Shown here: in pieces, positions 51,264 through 64,000 of the stretch
Layout of the letters: each line of letters begins with the position of its first letter
How positions within the stretch are numbered: the first letter of the stretch is position 1
Source: Callorhinchus milii
Taxonomy: Eukaryota
Assembly: GCF_018977255.1 (NCBI RefSeq)
Contig: NW_024704742.1
Span: 83,578,001-83,642,000 of the forward strand
Reading direction: 5' to 3'
DNA length: 64,000 nucleotides
Notes under the pieces: model-generated
Told to the model about the DNA's origin: nothing
The model's input: only the letters and a program-made list of their open reading frames with translations
The model's database searches: none
Made by a program: the position numbers and the translations under genes

Positions 51264-51369
51264 GCACTTTTGGCCAACATGGCATCAATGTTTGCTGTTT
51301 ACCATGGTCCAAATGGATTGAAACACATCGCAAAGAGAGTGCACAATGGTACCTTAATTTTAGCTGAAG
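51264..51369 (+). CDS. GLDC: GLDC exon 9 ([36 protein letters not shown])
   Basis: tttag|GCA...TGAAG|gtaaga; 106 nt. Confidence 0.97.
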
Positions 51370-51456
51370 GTAAGACCTGTTGGTGAAAGAAAAGAAAATG
51401 GGTTTAAATTGGGGCATAGTTACAGCTCTTTGTCTAAAATGACTTTGTGTACTCAG

Positions 51457-51596
51457 GTCTGAAGCGTGCTGGGCATAAAATACAGCATGAATCATTCTTC
51501 GACACACTGAAGATCCACTGTGGCGTAGCTACCCAGGAGATAATTGACAGGGCTGCCCAACGGCAGATCAACCTCCGTGGATACGGTAACTGCATG
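51457..51596 (+). CDS. GLDC: GLDC exon 10 ([46 protein letters not shown])
   Basis: ctcag|GT...GCATG|gtgagc; 140 nt; preceded by an 87-nt intron. Confidence 0.97.
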
Positions 51597-52589
51597 GTGA
51601 GCTATATTGCCCTATGCTCTGTGTGTGACTTCATCTGAGTACTCAGGATTACTTAAGTATCATACAATCCTATACAAATTTACATTGATGTAGTGCCTTT
51701 CATGTCAGGAGGATGTTCCAAGGTATTGAACTGTCTAAGGTTTGCACCCAAGCTGGAAGGTGCATCGAGGTGGGGGGACAAGTGGGGTGGTGGTGAGGGT
51801 GGGGGGATATGGCCAAAAGCACGGCCGAAGAGGAAGGATCTTGAAGGAGATGATGAAGGGACTCTGGGATGGTGTTCCAGAGAATGAGAGCAGATATGCT
51901 GAAAGCCTGATGGTGGGTCGGGTGGGTTGGGGGATGTGAAGCAGGCTGGTGCCCGCTGAGCAGAGGGAATAATCCTTTTTTCTTTACCTCTTAGTAGTCT
52001 TACTTCCCATAATATTGATTTGTATTTATAATATAAGAGGAAACTTCACACGTACATGAGGGTGAAGGGAATAGAGGGGTGTAGGAGAGGGGAACATGAA
52101 GGGCAAAGGCTTATGTGAAGCATGGATGGACTAGGTCGCATGGCCTAGTTGGGCCAAATGCTTTGTGTAAATATTTCCATACTGTATCATTCTATGTAAT
52201 TGTACTCAATCACGTCTGTACTGTATATTCTCTTTTAAAAATGTATGTTCTGACTTTTCTGAGGAGACACTGGTCATCTTTCTGTTATGTGTTTGTGATG
52301 TGATTTCCCTACAAAATGACAAAAAAGGAAGCATTGTTTTGCTTGGGGGAGAAGGCCACAAAAGTTTTAAGAATTATACAGGTCATTGTCGAAACAGATA
52401 CAAAAAGTGATCACTTAATATCGTCAGGTATCGTGGATTCCCTGCACCAGCATCACCAAGAGAGTCTATTTCTGGCTCCCTTCCACAAGGAAATGTGTTA
52501 GAGAAGCCTGGGTGATTCGAAAGTCTTCACTGCCCACCCCACCCTCCATCCCCCTCCACCCCTAGCTTGCTGGGAGGAGCACTTGCCCT

Positions 52590-52950
52590 TTAGGAACATA
52601 GGAACAGGAGTAGGCCATTCAGCCCTTTGAGCCTGTTCCACCATTTAATTAGATCACGGCTGATCTGTACCTCAACTAATCATTTCAATTGCTCGCTTTC
52701 TCCCCATATCCCTTAATACCCTGACCTACCAAAAATCTATCAACCTCACTCTTGAAGATGTGGATGGATCTGGCATCCATGGCCTTTTTGGGGAGAGAAT
52801 TCCAGATTGCTACCATCCTTTGAGTGAAAAAGTGCTTCCTGCATAATTTCTTCCCTTTGTATTCCAGGCTCCATGAGATAAAGGCCAACATTTCATTCAC
52901 CTTTTTGATTACTTTTAGCACCTGGGAACTAGATTTTAGTGATTTGACTA
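52590..52950 (-). mobile_element. CR1 LINE 3' end
   Basis: KHFFTQRMVAIWNSLP on the minus strand; aggaacataggaacaggagtagg tail. Confidence 0.85.
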
Positions 52951-53779
52951 GTTTTTAGTGATTTGACTCTATAAGGCACCTCTTCATTATCCTGGTACCT
53001 ACCATCCACCTAGTGAGGGTTCAAACACACACTTGTTGGATGTCGAATGAACAACTAGTGACTATCCTCCTTGTGGGGGTGTGGTGGGGTCTCTTTGGAG
53101 CTGAACTGGTTCCAAGGTGACATGTTTGGCAACGGAATGTCATAATTGAGCCAACTCTCTGTGGTGGTGTCGGTCATCCAGTTCCTGAGCGAGCGGGTCC
53201 GCAGTATTCCTGGGCAGAGGCCATGACAGCACAGCCAGCCTGGCTCATTGGCAGGACTTGGAAGGGCAGACCAGTCACTGGGGCAGGGAGTCATTCCACT
53301 AAGCTCCTGTTAACCCTTCAAGCCAAAGCCCTCATGGGTAGGGTGGTCCTAGCTGGACACACGGTGGGAAAGCTTGCCAGACATGTTACAACTGAGATTG
53401 GTAACAATGTGCAAGACATTGATTTTTAGAAAGGAATGCAAGACAACTGGTAATTAATTCATTATACAATAGAGCAATTAGGTTCTTGTACACTTTCCAT
53501 GACTTTTTATAAAGTCTAAGATAAAGATGCAATTTGTGAAGTATAACTGCACTCCACAACATGCTGATTCCCACCCCCCCACCCAATCAATTAGATTCTT
53601 TGCCCTAATTATGCCGATACATAATATCGGGCCTCATGTATGGGATTGGATTGTGACCTTATTTATGTTGATATTTCCATCCTTTGAACCACATATAGTT
53701 TCAAAATGGTACTTTAAACGAGAATTGATAAACCCTGGGTGTTATTGATGTGTCCGACTTTTAATGTTCTATTTGACAG

Positions 53780-53860
53780 CTGGGGGTGTCCTTGGATGAG
53801 ACTGTGAATGAGAGAGACCTGGATGATCTGCTGTGGGTCTTCGGCTGCGAGTCATCTGCT
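53780..53860 (+). CDS. GLDC: GLDC exon 11 ([27 protein letters not shown])
   Basis: gacag|CTG...CTGCT|gtatgt; 81 nt. Confidence 0.97.
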
Positions 53861-54682
53861 GTATGTAGTTTTGCAATCAATATATGAGCTGTTTCTGTGA
53901 TAGAGAGGTATTGTGAGTTTCTAAGTTAACAGTTTGGGGTTTCTTTGTGGGTATACATCATGAGGAACCTCTCCTCCATGTGGTTACAAAGATAACCACC
54001 TTTTTTTGGGTCTCACAACAAGATTAGTTTCCTGACCACATCCTCCTTGCTTTAGATCCTGGTAATGTTTCTCTCTCACTTGAGAGTGATGAGTTGCTTC
54101 ATTGTTTATTATATATACAGTATAACCTTTATACTTTTTTATATTTTTATACTTTTTTATATTTTGTGTAAACTACTAGATATAATGTGTAACCATTTCA
54201 ATCATTCAAATGTGTGAGTTGTTCTGGTGCTAAAAGCCTAGGTTTTGCAGTGTTTCAAACTTCACATGATTCATTCCAGTGATATATATATATGGGATGG
54301 AAGTATTTGGAATTTTGGAGAAAAAAATGAGGAAAATTCAGAGGAGTAACACCATAGTAATATCAATAAAATAAAGACAGTAAACATTGCTTCAGATGTT
54401 AGAGGCTAGATCTGAGAGGAGATTGAGCTATCAGACTGAGATAAACCTTGTATGGTACAGATGATCAGATGGTTGAATTGGGCCCTGCAACACAAAGTTC
54501 TTACCACAGTTTCATACAAAATGTCTTAGTAGCTTTCAAGCATCCGCAAACAGTTTCTATGACCGTCTAATTGTGAATGTGAGGCAAAATGTACTTAACA
54601 ATAGATGTTACCTGATTTTTTTTAAAACTGTGTTTGGTGCATTGCTTTAATGTAATACTGTTATTGATTTTTATGTAAAAAG

Positions 54683-54780
54683 GAGTTGATAGCTGAAAGC
54701 ATGGGAGATGAACCAAAAGGTATCTTTGGCACGCAGTTTAAGAGGACAAGCAAATTCCTTTCACATCCAGTATTCAACAG
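54683..54780 (+). CDS. GLDC: GLDC exon 12 ([33 protein letters not shown])
   Basis: aaaag|GAG...AACAG|gttggt; 98 nt. Confidence 0.95.
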
Positions 54781-55561
54781 GTTGGTAAGACGACTCGAAT
54801 TGAGATAGCGTCTCAAGTTTACTAAAATAAAAATGCGACATATACAGATTATTAACCAGGTACAACACAGTGGGTTTGACTTGTCAGAGTGTTTGGTACC
54901 ATTACTGTTTCATGTTATATCGATGTTTGCAGCTCCCATCCTGTACAATATGCATTCATTACAAAATGAATTTCTATTGGACATTAATTGTACTACTTGT
55001 GTTTCTGGGACATTGACAAAAAAATTTAAAACCTTTTACACTTGACACATATCAAACATTAAAAGCACTGGGGGTTGACTTTGATCTGCCTTTGCCCACA
55101 CATCTTCTCCTGAACTTTCCCCAATACTTCAACAGCTTGTTCACATTCCCACTGAAAAAAAACACAATCAATTTAAATTGCCATTTTGTTTAGTTAGCGG
55201 AGCTCAGACTCTCTTAGACATTTCCGCCATTTCTAGTGACCCATCGACATTAATCTGATACATTTTCCCCTCATTACTAATAGAACCAAATGAATGAATA
55301 ATAATGGAGGTCTGACCTTAAGAGTTTTATAATAGGAAAACTAGACCCCCTTGGACAAATGCCACCTTTGTCACTTGCACAATGTTGTTGTTACAGCACA
55401 TATGGGATACAGGAATGTATCATTTGAAGGTTAAAAAAAACTATTTGAATGTTATTTGCTATAATCTGAAATTTGCTACCTGCTTTATTGTTTATTTTTT
55501 ATTGTTTTTTGTACAAAATTGCATGCTCCAGGCACTTCATTTGTTAACTTATATATTGCAG

Positions 55562-55646
55562 TTATCACTCAGAGACAAATATTGTCCGGTACATGAAGAA
55601 ATTAGAAAATAAAGATATTTCTCTAGTTCACAGCATGATTCCTCTG
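55562..55646 (+). CDS. GLDC: GLDC exon 13 ([28 protein letters not shown])
   Basis: tgcag|T...CTCTG|gtgggt; 85 nt. Confidence 0.97.
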
Positions 55647-55744
55647 GTGGGTGACTGTTAATTTTTATAATTTCCACTTTAAATATGATTAAACATTGCA
55701 CATTTGAAAAATTAACTCTAATCTGTTTTCTCAAATTGAACCAG

Positions 55745-55786
55745 GGATCCTGTACGATGAAGCTAAACAGCTCCTCTGAGCTTACT
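55745..55786 (+). CDS. GLDC: GLDC exon 14 (GSCTMKLNSSSELT)
   Basis: accag|GGA...TTACT|gtaagt; 42 nt; preceded by a 98-nt intron. Confidence 0.96.
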
Positions 55787-57113
55787 GTAAGTATTCCATC
55801 TTCGCACTGTATCTTCCCCATTCCAAAGTCGGAAGATAAAATGAAACATTTTTCTTACAGTCAAGTTGAGTTATCTCGTGAATGGACAGAATTGCTTGCC
55901 GGTTGCCTGGCCACTATCCTGAATTCTTTTATCATAGGAATGAATCATTCAAGATTGCCCTGTTGGTAGCCTGGTTGTTATAGCATTAGCTTCCTAAGAA
56001 GGGGTCAAGGTTGGAGTTCCAGGGCTTTTTGCCACTTTGTTAGTAGTAATCCTTCATTGTAGTGGATCACCCGACCTTGAAGGGAAAGGACAAATAAAGC
56101 AGACCATTGTGACTGACAGAGAATGTGTGCAAGTTTTGAAGCCCTGAGTGTTAGTGTTTTCATTCAGACATGGTACATTTTAACTCTTGTAGCTATAAGT
56201 CAACTTGCAGAGACTAAATGAAAATCCCAAATGTGTTGACAAACTGATAATCACAGACCAACAGTTCTCAAGACATGAGTTTACTGAAGCCAGATGTTGT
56301 GCTTCAGCCATTTTACATTGTACTAAAACAGTCGGCCACTCCAAATCAGAAATCCTTTTCATTTCTCATCCACTATAGCTGCTTTTCACTATGAGCCTGA
56401 TACATGTAGATCACAAGGCGTAGGCTTGTCTGTAACGTCCTCCATGGTTGAATAGCTGGCACTTATTTCTAGACTCACATATGAAGAAGAGCCATTAGTG
56501 CAAGGTACCAGAAGACAGCTGGCACCTGTAGAATCTTAACAAGAGTTATGCCTTCAGTGGGAAGGGCAGGTGGTGGGAATGAGGAAGATAAACTACACAG
56601 AATGAGAAAGATCACGGTAATGTTTGCCAGCCAGCCCAGCCAGGTAGTAATACCTAGCCATTAATGATGCTGCTGTAGTGCTGATATGTGGAGAAGAGTG
56701 TTTTCTTATGATTTGATACGAAATTTCATCCTTCCATTCTACATTTCCCTCTTCCCTACTATATTGGGAAAAGACAGGTAAATGGAACTGAAAGGATGGC
56801 TCTTAAAAGAGCAGGCACAGACACAATAAACTAAATGGCCTTCTATGCTGTACATTTCAGTGGTTTCCCCCTCCAAATTGCATGATGGGTTTAACCTAAA
56901 GCACGTGGGACAAAAGATTAATTTGAAAGAATGCAAAAAAAATTAAAGTAGAACTATTAGTTAGAATCTATTTGCATTGAAAGGAATAGAAAGTCATTTT
57001 CGTATGATACTGTGTGTAAACTAATCACCTGTATTCTGAAAATTTGAAATGTTGATTTTTATTGTAAATTATTTACTGTAAATGTTTTATTTGTTTCCTT
57101 GTTTTCCCTGCAG

Positions 57114-57256
57114 CCTATCACTTGGCCTGAATTTGGAAATATCCATCCCTTTGTGCCTCTGGATCAAGCACAAGGCTACCAGCAGTTATTTCATGAACTG
57201 GAACGGGACCTGTGCGAAATAACAGGCTATGATAAAATCTCCTTCCAACCTAACAG
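57114..57256 (+). CDS. GLDC: GLDC exon 15 ([48 protein letters not shown])
   Basis: tgcag|CCT...AACAG|gtaagc; 143 nt. Confidence 0.97.
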
Positions 57257-57406
57257 GTAAGCCTTCAGCTTTTTTAATATTCTGCCTTGTTAAATCTTGT
57301 ATGTATATTACAGTAGCATAGGTGTTAGCCGTCAATATCTCCATATAAACACATATTATCAACTATATTTGGTCTCCTTTCTCCTCCTAACTCAGTATTC
57401 TCGAAC

Positions 57407-58175
57407 ATACATTAGAATACATTAGAATATAGAGAACAGAAACAGGCCATTCGGCCCAACTGGTCTATGCCGGTGTTTATGCTCCACATGAGCCTCCTCC
57501 TGCCCTTCTTCCACTAAGCCTTCAAGCATAACCTTCTGTTCCTTTGTCCCTCATGTACTTATCTAGCTTCCCCTTAAACACATCTAGTCATTTTGCCTCA
57601 ACAACTCCTTGTGGTAGCATGTTCCACATTCTCACAATTCTCTGTGTAAAGAAATGTCTTCTAACTTCCCTATTTGATCTATTTGTGACTATTTTATATT
57701 GATGGCCCTGGCTTTGGTCTCCCCCACAAATGGAAACATCTTTCCTATGTCTACCCTATCAAAACCTTTCATCATTTTAAAGACCTCTATCAGGTCACCC
57801 CTTACCCTCCTCTTTTCAAGAGAAGAGTCCAAGCATGTTCAGCCTTTCCTGGTGGTTATAACCTCTCAGTTCTGGGATCATCCTTGTGAATCTCCTTTGC
57901 ACCCTCTCCAGTGGCTCTACACCCCTTCTATAATGTGGGGACCAGAACTGCACACAGTATTCTAAGTGTGGTCTAACCGAGGTTCTATAAATGTTTATCA
58001 TAACTTCCCTGCTTTTCATTTCTATTCCTTTAGAAATGAACCCCAATGCCTGGTTTGCTTTTTTATGGCCTTATTAACCTGCGTTGCTACATTTAGTGAA
58101 TTGTGTATGTGTACCCCTAGATCCCTTTGCTCCTCTACCCCAATTAGGTTTTTAGTTTCCAGGATGTATGTGATC
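57407..58175 (-). mobile_element. CR1 LINE 3' fragment
   Basis: YRTSVRPHLEYCVQFWSPHYRRGVEPLERVQRRFTRMIPEL; (acattagaat)n tail. Confidence 0.92.
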
Positions 58176-60039
58176 CTAATTGTTAAATGCTATATAAGTC
58201 CAATTTGTTGTTAATTGTAGATGAATATTTAGAATAATCTTATCTTTGATTGACAATGAATGTAGATCTCTTTCATCTGGATGTTACCAAGTCTGGAGAG
58301 TGAGCGGGGATTAGATTAATTTATATGGAGAAAAGAACCAGGGTGACTTGATGGGCCCAATAAAATATAATATGCTACATCTTTCATGTCACAGGATATT
58401 CCAAAGCACCTTTCACATTGCTAGATTGGCACCAATCTGAGGATGGGAACTGAAGGGGGAGGGGAAAGGTGACCAAAAGGTGGTAAAAGAAGTATGTTTT
58501 GAGACATGCCTTGAAAAAAGGGAAGGAGCGAATGAATCAGAAGACAGAGTTCCAGAGAGCTTGGACTAAATAGCTGAATCTTGTAAGGGCAGATAGGGAA
58601 CAGAAAAGAATCATGCAACAATACAGCTCAGAATTATACCAAATGCCTAGTAAATGGTGAGCCAGATAGAGCAGGTGACACAAAGCAAGTTGGTGTTTGC
58701 TGAGCAAATGGTCTGATTCTGAGCTGTAATGTTGCATAATTCTATTTTGCTGTTTTAGACCTCGTGAGAACAACACAACTCTCCTTCCTGCAATTGCTGG
58801 AAGGAGGTGCTCTGTGTTAGTCTGTGCTGCAACTTTGTACTGTTTGTGTTTTTCAAATTGTTCTGATCTATACAACAATCCATATTTGGAACTGTGCAGT
58901 TCACAAGTGATCAACATTTCTGAGCTTTCATTGGCCCCAATTTAACATGCTGATGTAGCACACTAGATAAGACGAGGCATGGAATTAAGATAAACAGAGC
59001 TCGATAACAAAATGATCCGTTGCAAATCTACCTGAATGGATTTGCACTTTGGAATTCATTTTATTTTTGATCAGCGATTACTGAAAGAAGATCTACGGTT
59101 CAAGCTATTTTCACTTACTACATCATTTTCTTATCAATGATTTTTCTGACCTTTAGTTAACTTTGTCTTATGTATTTAACTGAATTGTTCATTCTCTTGA
59201 ACGATGCATACAGAACGTGTTATTCCAGAAAGTGGTTGCTTTAATGGGTTAAAAGACAGTTCAGACTTTTGCTCAAAGTATCTTAATTTTTTATTACAGG
59301 TCATAAAACGCAATATAGGTAGCATGACTATAAATATAACAGCGAGTAGTAAATCTAATAGGGAGTTTAGAAGGAGCTTCTACACAGAGACGATGGTGAG
59401 ACAATAGAACTCGCTGCCATAAACTGTGATTGAAGCAAAAAGCATGAATGTATTGAAGAGGAAATATAAATCAGGGAGAAAGGAATAGAGGTACAGAGGA
59501 GGGGAATAGGGGATGGGGGCTTATGTGGAGTCCAGGCACCAGCACAAACTAGTGGAAATCTCAAGTTTGGTTTGGATACTCTTAAACATGGTGATGGGTT
59601 CCTGCATGTGTCAGATACTCGGCTGACCAAAATATATCAGGTGAGAACCATGCAAGTAAGTGGAGTTAAAAATCCTGCAGAAGCCTCCAAATTGCTGAAA
59701 AAACATTGCTTCCTGTTTACCTAATTTCAGAGAGTATTAAGTGCAGATTGGAATATCCAAAACTGTTCTCACGGAAAAGGGATTGACCAAATCCTATTGC
59801 ATAGTTTGCCCACAATACTCACATTTACTGCACTTTACAGCATATCCTGTGAAACACTTTGGCATTTTCCTTCTGATGTCAAAAGCGCTATACCAAAAGT
59901 AATAATTATTAAAGTATTTTTGTATTTACATTTCGTATAGCACCTTTCACATAAGCAGTAAAAGAAAGGGAAAATAGAGGGAATAATTATACATCATTGA
60001 GATGAGTCTAGATCCATTTAAGAATTGCAAGATATGCAA

Positions 60040-61005
60040 GATGGTTATTAAGTAGGGTGCCTCAGCAGTCTGTACTGGGATCCCTCCTATTTTGCTCATA
60101 TTAATGTCCTGGATTTGTAAACCCAATGTAATACAGTTACATTTGCAGATGATACAAAGTTAGGTCAACTGTGGATCAGAGGAGGCATCAAAGGTCCTAC
60201 AAAGAGAGCTTGATAGGATATGTACATGGGCTGATTACTGGCAAATTAAGTTTAATACTGATAAATGCAAGGTGCTACATATAGGATCCAAGAATAGGAA
60301 ATACAAGTACTCCGTAGTTGAGATAAAACTTGCCAAGGGGAAGTTGAAAGAGAATCTAGGGATGTTAGTTGACTCATCGCTCACTATGTCAAAATAGTGT
60401 GAGACAGCAATAAACAAGGCAAACAAGGCTGTGTTGCTAAATCAGTTGAGTATGAGTTTAGATCCCCATACGTTATACTCAGGCTGTACAGTTCTCTGGT
60501 TAGACCGCACCTTGAATATCACATATAGTTCTGATCACCGTGACATTAAAGAGGCTGCCCAGGCACTAGAGATAGTGTAGAGGAGAGAAACAAGGATGAT
60601 CCTCAAGTGTTAGAGGAATGAACTATGAGCAACACTTAGTCAAGCTAGAGAGGGCACTTCAGTCTTGAGAAGTCTCAGAAGGGACCTCATGCAGATGTAT
60701 AAAATTGTAAATGAGATTGAAAATGTAAACCCAGATCAGGATGTATTAAGACAGTACAATAAGAGGATGTAAGTTTAGAGTTGTCAATGACAATTTTAGG
60801 TAGATACCAGGACGTTTTTCTTTACTCAGAGGGTAATTAACGATTGGAACAGGTTTGCTGTGAAAAGGGGTAAAGGCTAGGACATGATGTTTAAAAAGTA
60901 GCTTGATACTGTGATGGGGGAATGGTAAGATGGGTGTTCTGGAGGGATGAGATTAAATGGGTCAAAGGACCTTCTTCATCCAGCCCAAACTTGTAATATT
61001 GTGAA
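60040..61005 (+). mobile_element. Degenerate CR1 LINE ORF2 3' half
   Basis: GVPQQSVLG, FADDTKLG, KFNTDKCKVLHIG and LYSSLVRPHLEY motifs with stops and frameshifts. Confidence 0.88.
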
Positions 61006-61864
61006 TTCTCTTTGGAATTGCAACAAACACGCGTTAAACATTGGACAAATAACTAAATGTTTGTGTTCACTAAATGCCGCACAAGACCTTAAAAATCCAG
61101 GCAGAGTCCAACGCGTAGTTCCTAAAAGATAATAGGATCAGGGTGGGGCTAGAGATACCTAGAGAAACCAGCCAATGGAATTGAAGAAATCAAGGTCTTT
61201 GCAAGGACAGCAAGGTATAAATGTTGGTTAAGACTGAACTTTGGTGCCTAATGGTTCCCCTAATCCTGTTCAATCATTTCACCACTCAAGATAGAGCATC
61301 AACAATATTTTTTTGGCCACAACTGCAGAAGGCTGCAACCAGTATTTGTCAGCGAGTCATCTTCTACATTTAAAAAACTAAACACATTGCTGGTCAGATA
61401 TCCGCTAGGTATACCATGAACCTTTTTCCAAATTAATGGATTATGAATTCCTGTTTGAGCTGGATAACTCCTGATTGCTTCAATATCTCCTTATCGTGCT
61501 CTCAGTATCTATTTGTGCAGCTTATTATCAGAACTGTGACTTTTGCAACAGGTTGGATGACAAGAATCAGCTGAGAGAACTTTACTATTGCAAGGTGCCT
61601 TAATGTTGAAGCTCGCAGTTCTTTCGTCTGATTCGAAATGGGGCAAATCTTTGATTAACTAAAAACACACAGCACTCCTATGGCTTCCGGTTTCATCATG
61701 AGGGCCTCATGAGCACTAGGTCGAAAGTCTTGTGAAAGTCGATGAACACAACGTTTCCCCTTAGACTTGTGACATTCTGTGATTTCATACAGAGCCACAG
61801 CCTGTCCGACACATTCCTCACGAGAACAGTAGCCAGTCTGCTCCTTCTTGATCACACCGCGAGC

Positions 61865-62565
61865 CTCCAATGCGTGTGGCATTGGCGTGTGGCCCCCCAA
61901 TTATCCTTCCTCCCCCACATCCGGTCTCTTACCAGCACCGCCTTTTTCCACCTCTGTCGCATCGCCCGTCTCCGCCAATACCTCTCCCCAAAAGCCGCTG
62001 AAACTCTGGTCCATGCTTTTGTCACCCCTCGGCTGGACTACTCTAACGCCCTCCTCGCCGGTCTCCCATCCATAAAATCCAAATCATTCAAAACTCTGCC
62101 GCCCGCATTCTCACCCACACGAAACTCCGCTCCCCGATCACCCCAGTCCTTGCCAGACTGCACTGGCTGCCTGTCCCAGAGAGGATCGATTTCAAGATCC
62201 TCACCCTCATATTCAAGTCTTTTGCACCCCCCTACCTCTCTGACCTCTCTCCTCAAAACACTACCCGTTGCCTTCGTTCCTCCAGGTCTGGCCTCCTCCT
62301 TGTCCCCCGAGTCCTCCGCTTCACCCTCGGTGGCCGTGCCTTCAGCCACTATGCCCCGAGGCTCTGGAACTGCCTTCCTCACTCCCTTCGTCTCGCTCCC
62401 TCCCTTCCCATTTTCAGGTCTCTGCTGAAGACCTTTCTTTTCGACCGCGCCTTTGGTCACCTTCCTCCCCCTTCCCTGACTCTTCCCCGGGATCTGAAAC
62501 TGTAAAGTGCTCTGAGATGCCGTCTGGCTTGGAGGGCGCTGTATAAATCCATGCTGCTGTTGGTG
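61865..62565 (+). mobile_element. L2 LINE 3' fragment
   Basis: AFFHLCRIARLRQYLSPKAAETLVHAFVTPRLDYSNALLAGLP. Confidence 0.92.
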
Positions 62566-62959
62566 TTGTGTGATACACATGCAGTGACTCCCCAAAGTAC
62601 CACTTTAAGAGTCACTGAAATCAGTGAGATCCCACTGTAATTATCAGTTTCACTAGAGCCACCCTTCTTGTGGATGGAATGTCACAATGCTGGGAAAATA
62701 GAGGGAGAGAGCAAATCTATACAATTGTGCTCCCGCTATTCCGGAAGCTTACCTGATCTTTTGAAGTTTGGTTAAGACCTAATCAAAAACATAAACATAG
62801 TCCAGTTATGAGCAAAAAAAACTGATAAAGCCTGATGCCTCCAATATAAATAAGCAATAGATCATAACATAACATGACCAAGCACCAATACTCCACACAA
62901 TCTCTGTCATCGCTGGTGGAGTGGGTAGTTATTCAGCTGGCTCCGGTCTCCTGCAACAT

Positions 62960-63280
62960 CTTTCGTCCAATCCGTTCCACCATCATCTGCCATGCTTTCA
63001 GCCTCCACATCCTGAAACTCTCTCCCTCAAGCCCACCACCTTGCCCTCTCCTTGTCAGTCTTCAAATCACACCTGAAGACCTTCCTCTCTTCAATTTTCT
63101 CTTCAATCGTGCCTTCAGCTCTCCTCTCGGCTCTCTACCCCCTCCTCGCTCCCTCCCTTCCCTCCCCTCACCCTGACCATTTTCCCCCTGCTCGAGTCCC
63201 AACTCAAACTGTCCAGCGCCTTGGGACGTCCTCCCGACGTGAAAGGCATTCTATAAATGCAATCTTGTTGTTGTTTTTGT
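62960..63280 (+). mobile_element. L2 3' UTR/tail fragment
   Basis: FKSHLKTFL motif and gcgccttgggacgtcctcccgacgtgaaaggc..(TTG)n. Confidence 0.75.
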
Positions 63281-63921
63281 TCCTCTCCGTGCCTACGGCC
63301 ACCAGCCCTCTGTCCCTGGCTTGGTGTCGTGTGCCGCCACTGTTAAGTCAGATGCTATCTGGCATGAAGGGCGTTAACTGCAGTACTGGAAGAGCACTAC
63401 AGTGTCAGAAGTGCTGTCCTTTGAATGAGACTTTAAACCTAAGTCCAGTCTGCCTGTTCCAGTTGGTAATAAAGGTTTCATAACAATATTCAAATGAAAT
63501 GTTCACCTGGCCAAAATTTGTGGAATAAAATACGGCAATTTGTGACTTTGCTGTGCACAATTTGGCTGACAGAGTCAGCACACTACAGTATAGCAATTTA
63601 GTGTTTTAAAATGCTTAAATGTTTTAGGCACTGTATCATAACAAAGGATTATTATTTTTATTGATAATGTCAATAATGAGATTTCCCCTATTATAACTGC
63701 ATTGTTGAAAGTGCCTTGTGTGATACCGTTTGGGGTAAAACACCTGACGTCTTCTAGCTCTGTATGGCTCAATTTCACACAACTCTGAAGCTTTTCTAAT
63801 TGGTTATTTTCAGAGTATACTAGTGTGTATTTAAGAAGAATCTTGGTATGTTAACCTGTTCGTCCACTACTGCATTGTCATATGTAGTGCGGTGAGTACA
63901 TACCTTCAACAACAACAACAA

Positions 63922-64000
63922 GTGGAGTCCTGTAGCTCAGTGGTTAGAGCACTCGCTTTGCAAGTGAGAGACCTGAGTTCAATTCCAGGCAGAGGGCGAA
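63922..64000 (+). mobile_element. Head of a young tRNA-derived SINE (truncated by the window edge)
   Basis: Identical over 79 nt to the reverse complement of the 41323 copy head. Confidence 0.92.

Noticed and set aside
45885..54165. Short local tandem duplications (aaaagtaagatgta; gcagcagctaatgt; ttttagtgatttgact; ttttatacttttttatat)
   Set aside because: Ordinary slippage products with no sign of function
55895..55925. ctggccactatcc (LATI) resembling GLDC exon 16
   Set aside because: Lies before exon 15 and lacks the GAQGEYAG context and splice sites; chance match

Overview
Vertebrate nuclear DNA. The repeat content (tRNA-derived SINEs with L2-type tails, SacSINE1/Deu-like SINEs, L2, CR1 and Penelope-like fragments) points to a cartilaginous fish, probably a holocephalan such as elephant shark; this is inferred from recalled repeat consensus, not from a search. 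The window carries the 5' part of the glycine decarboxylase gene GLDC (glycine cleavage P protein) on the + strand. Coding exons 2-15 (15413..57256, 1595 nt) all have GT-AG boundaries, and their lengths and phases match human GLDC as I recall it. Exon 1 is not visible and probably lies in the N gap at 14492-14516, inside a low-complexity GT-rich/C-rich block; exon 16 onward was not found and is probably beyond the window. The rest is intronic or upstream sequence dense in retroposon fragments. The long ORFs at 12-16 kb are microsatellite artefacts. Most notable observations: (1) a TSD-flanked Penelope-like insertion in intron 2 carrying a minimal hammerhead-ribozyme motif on the GLDC sense strand and a near-perfect ~35-bp hairpin; (2) ~400-bp direct repeats bracketing the frame-symmetric exon 4, joined to a 381-bp tandem duplication; (3) an AG-free pyrimidine tract of ~890 nt abutting the exon 2 acceptor; (4) a ~200-bp-arm inverted repeat in intron 8. 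I cannot support a claim of a wholly new biological system from this sequence.
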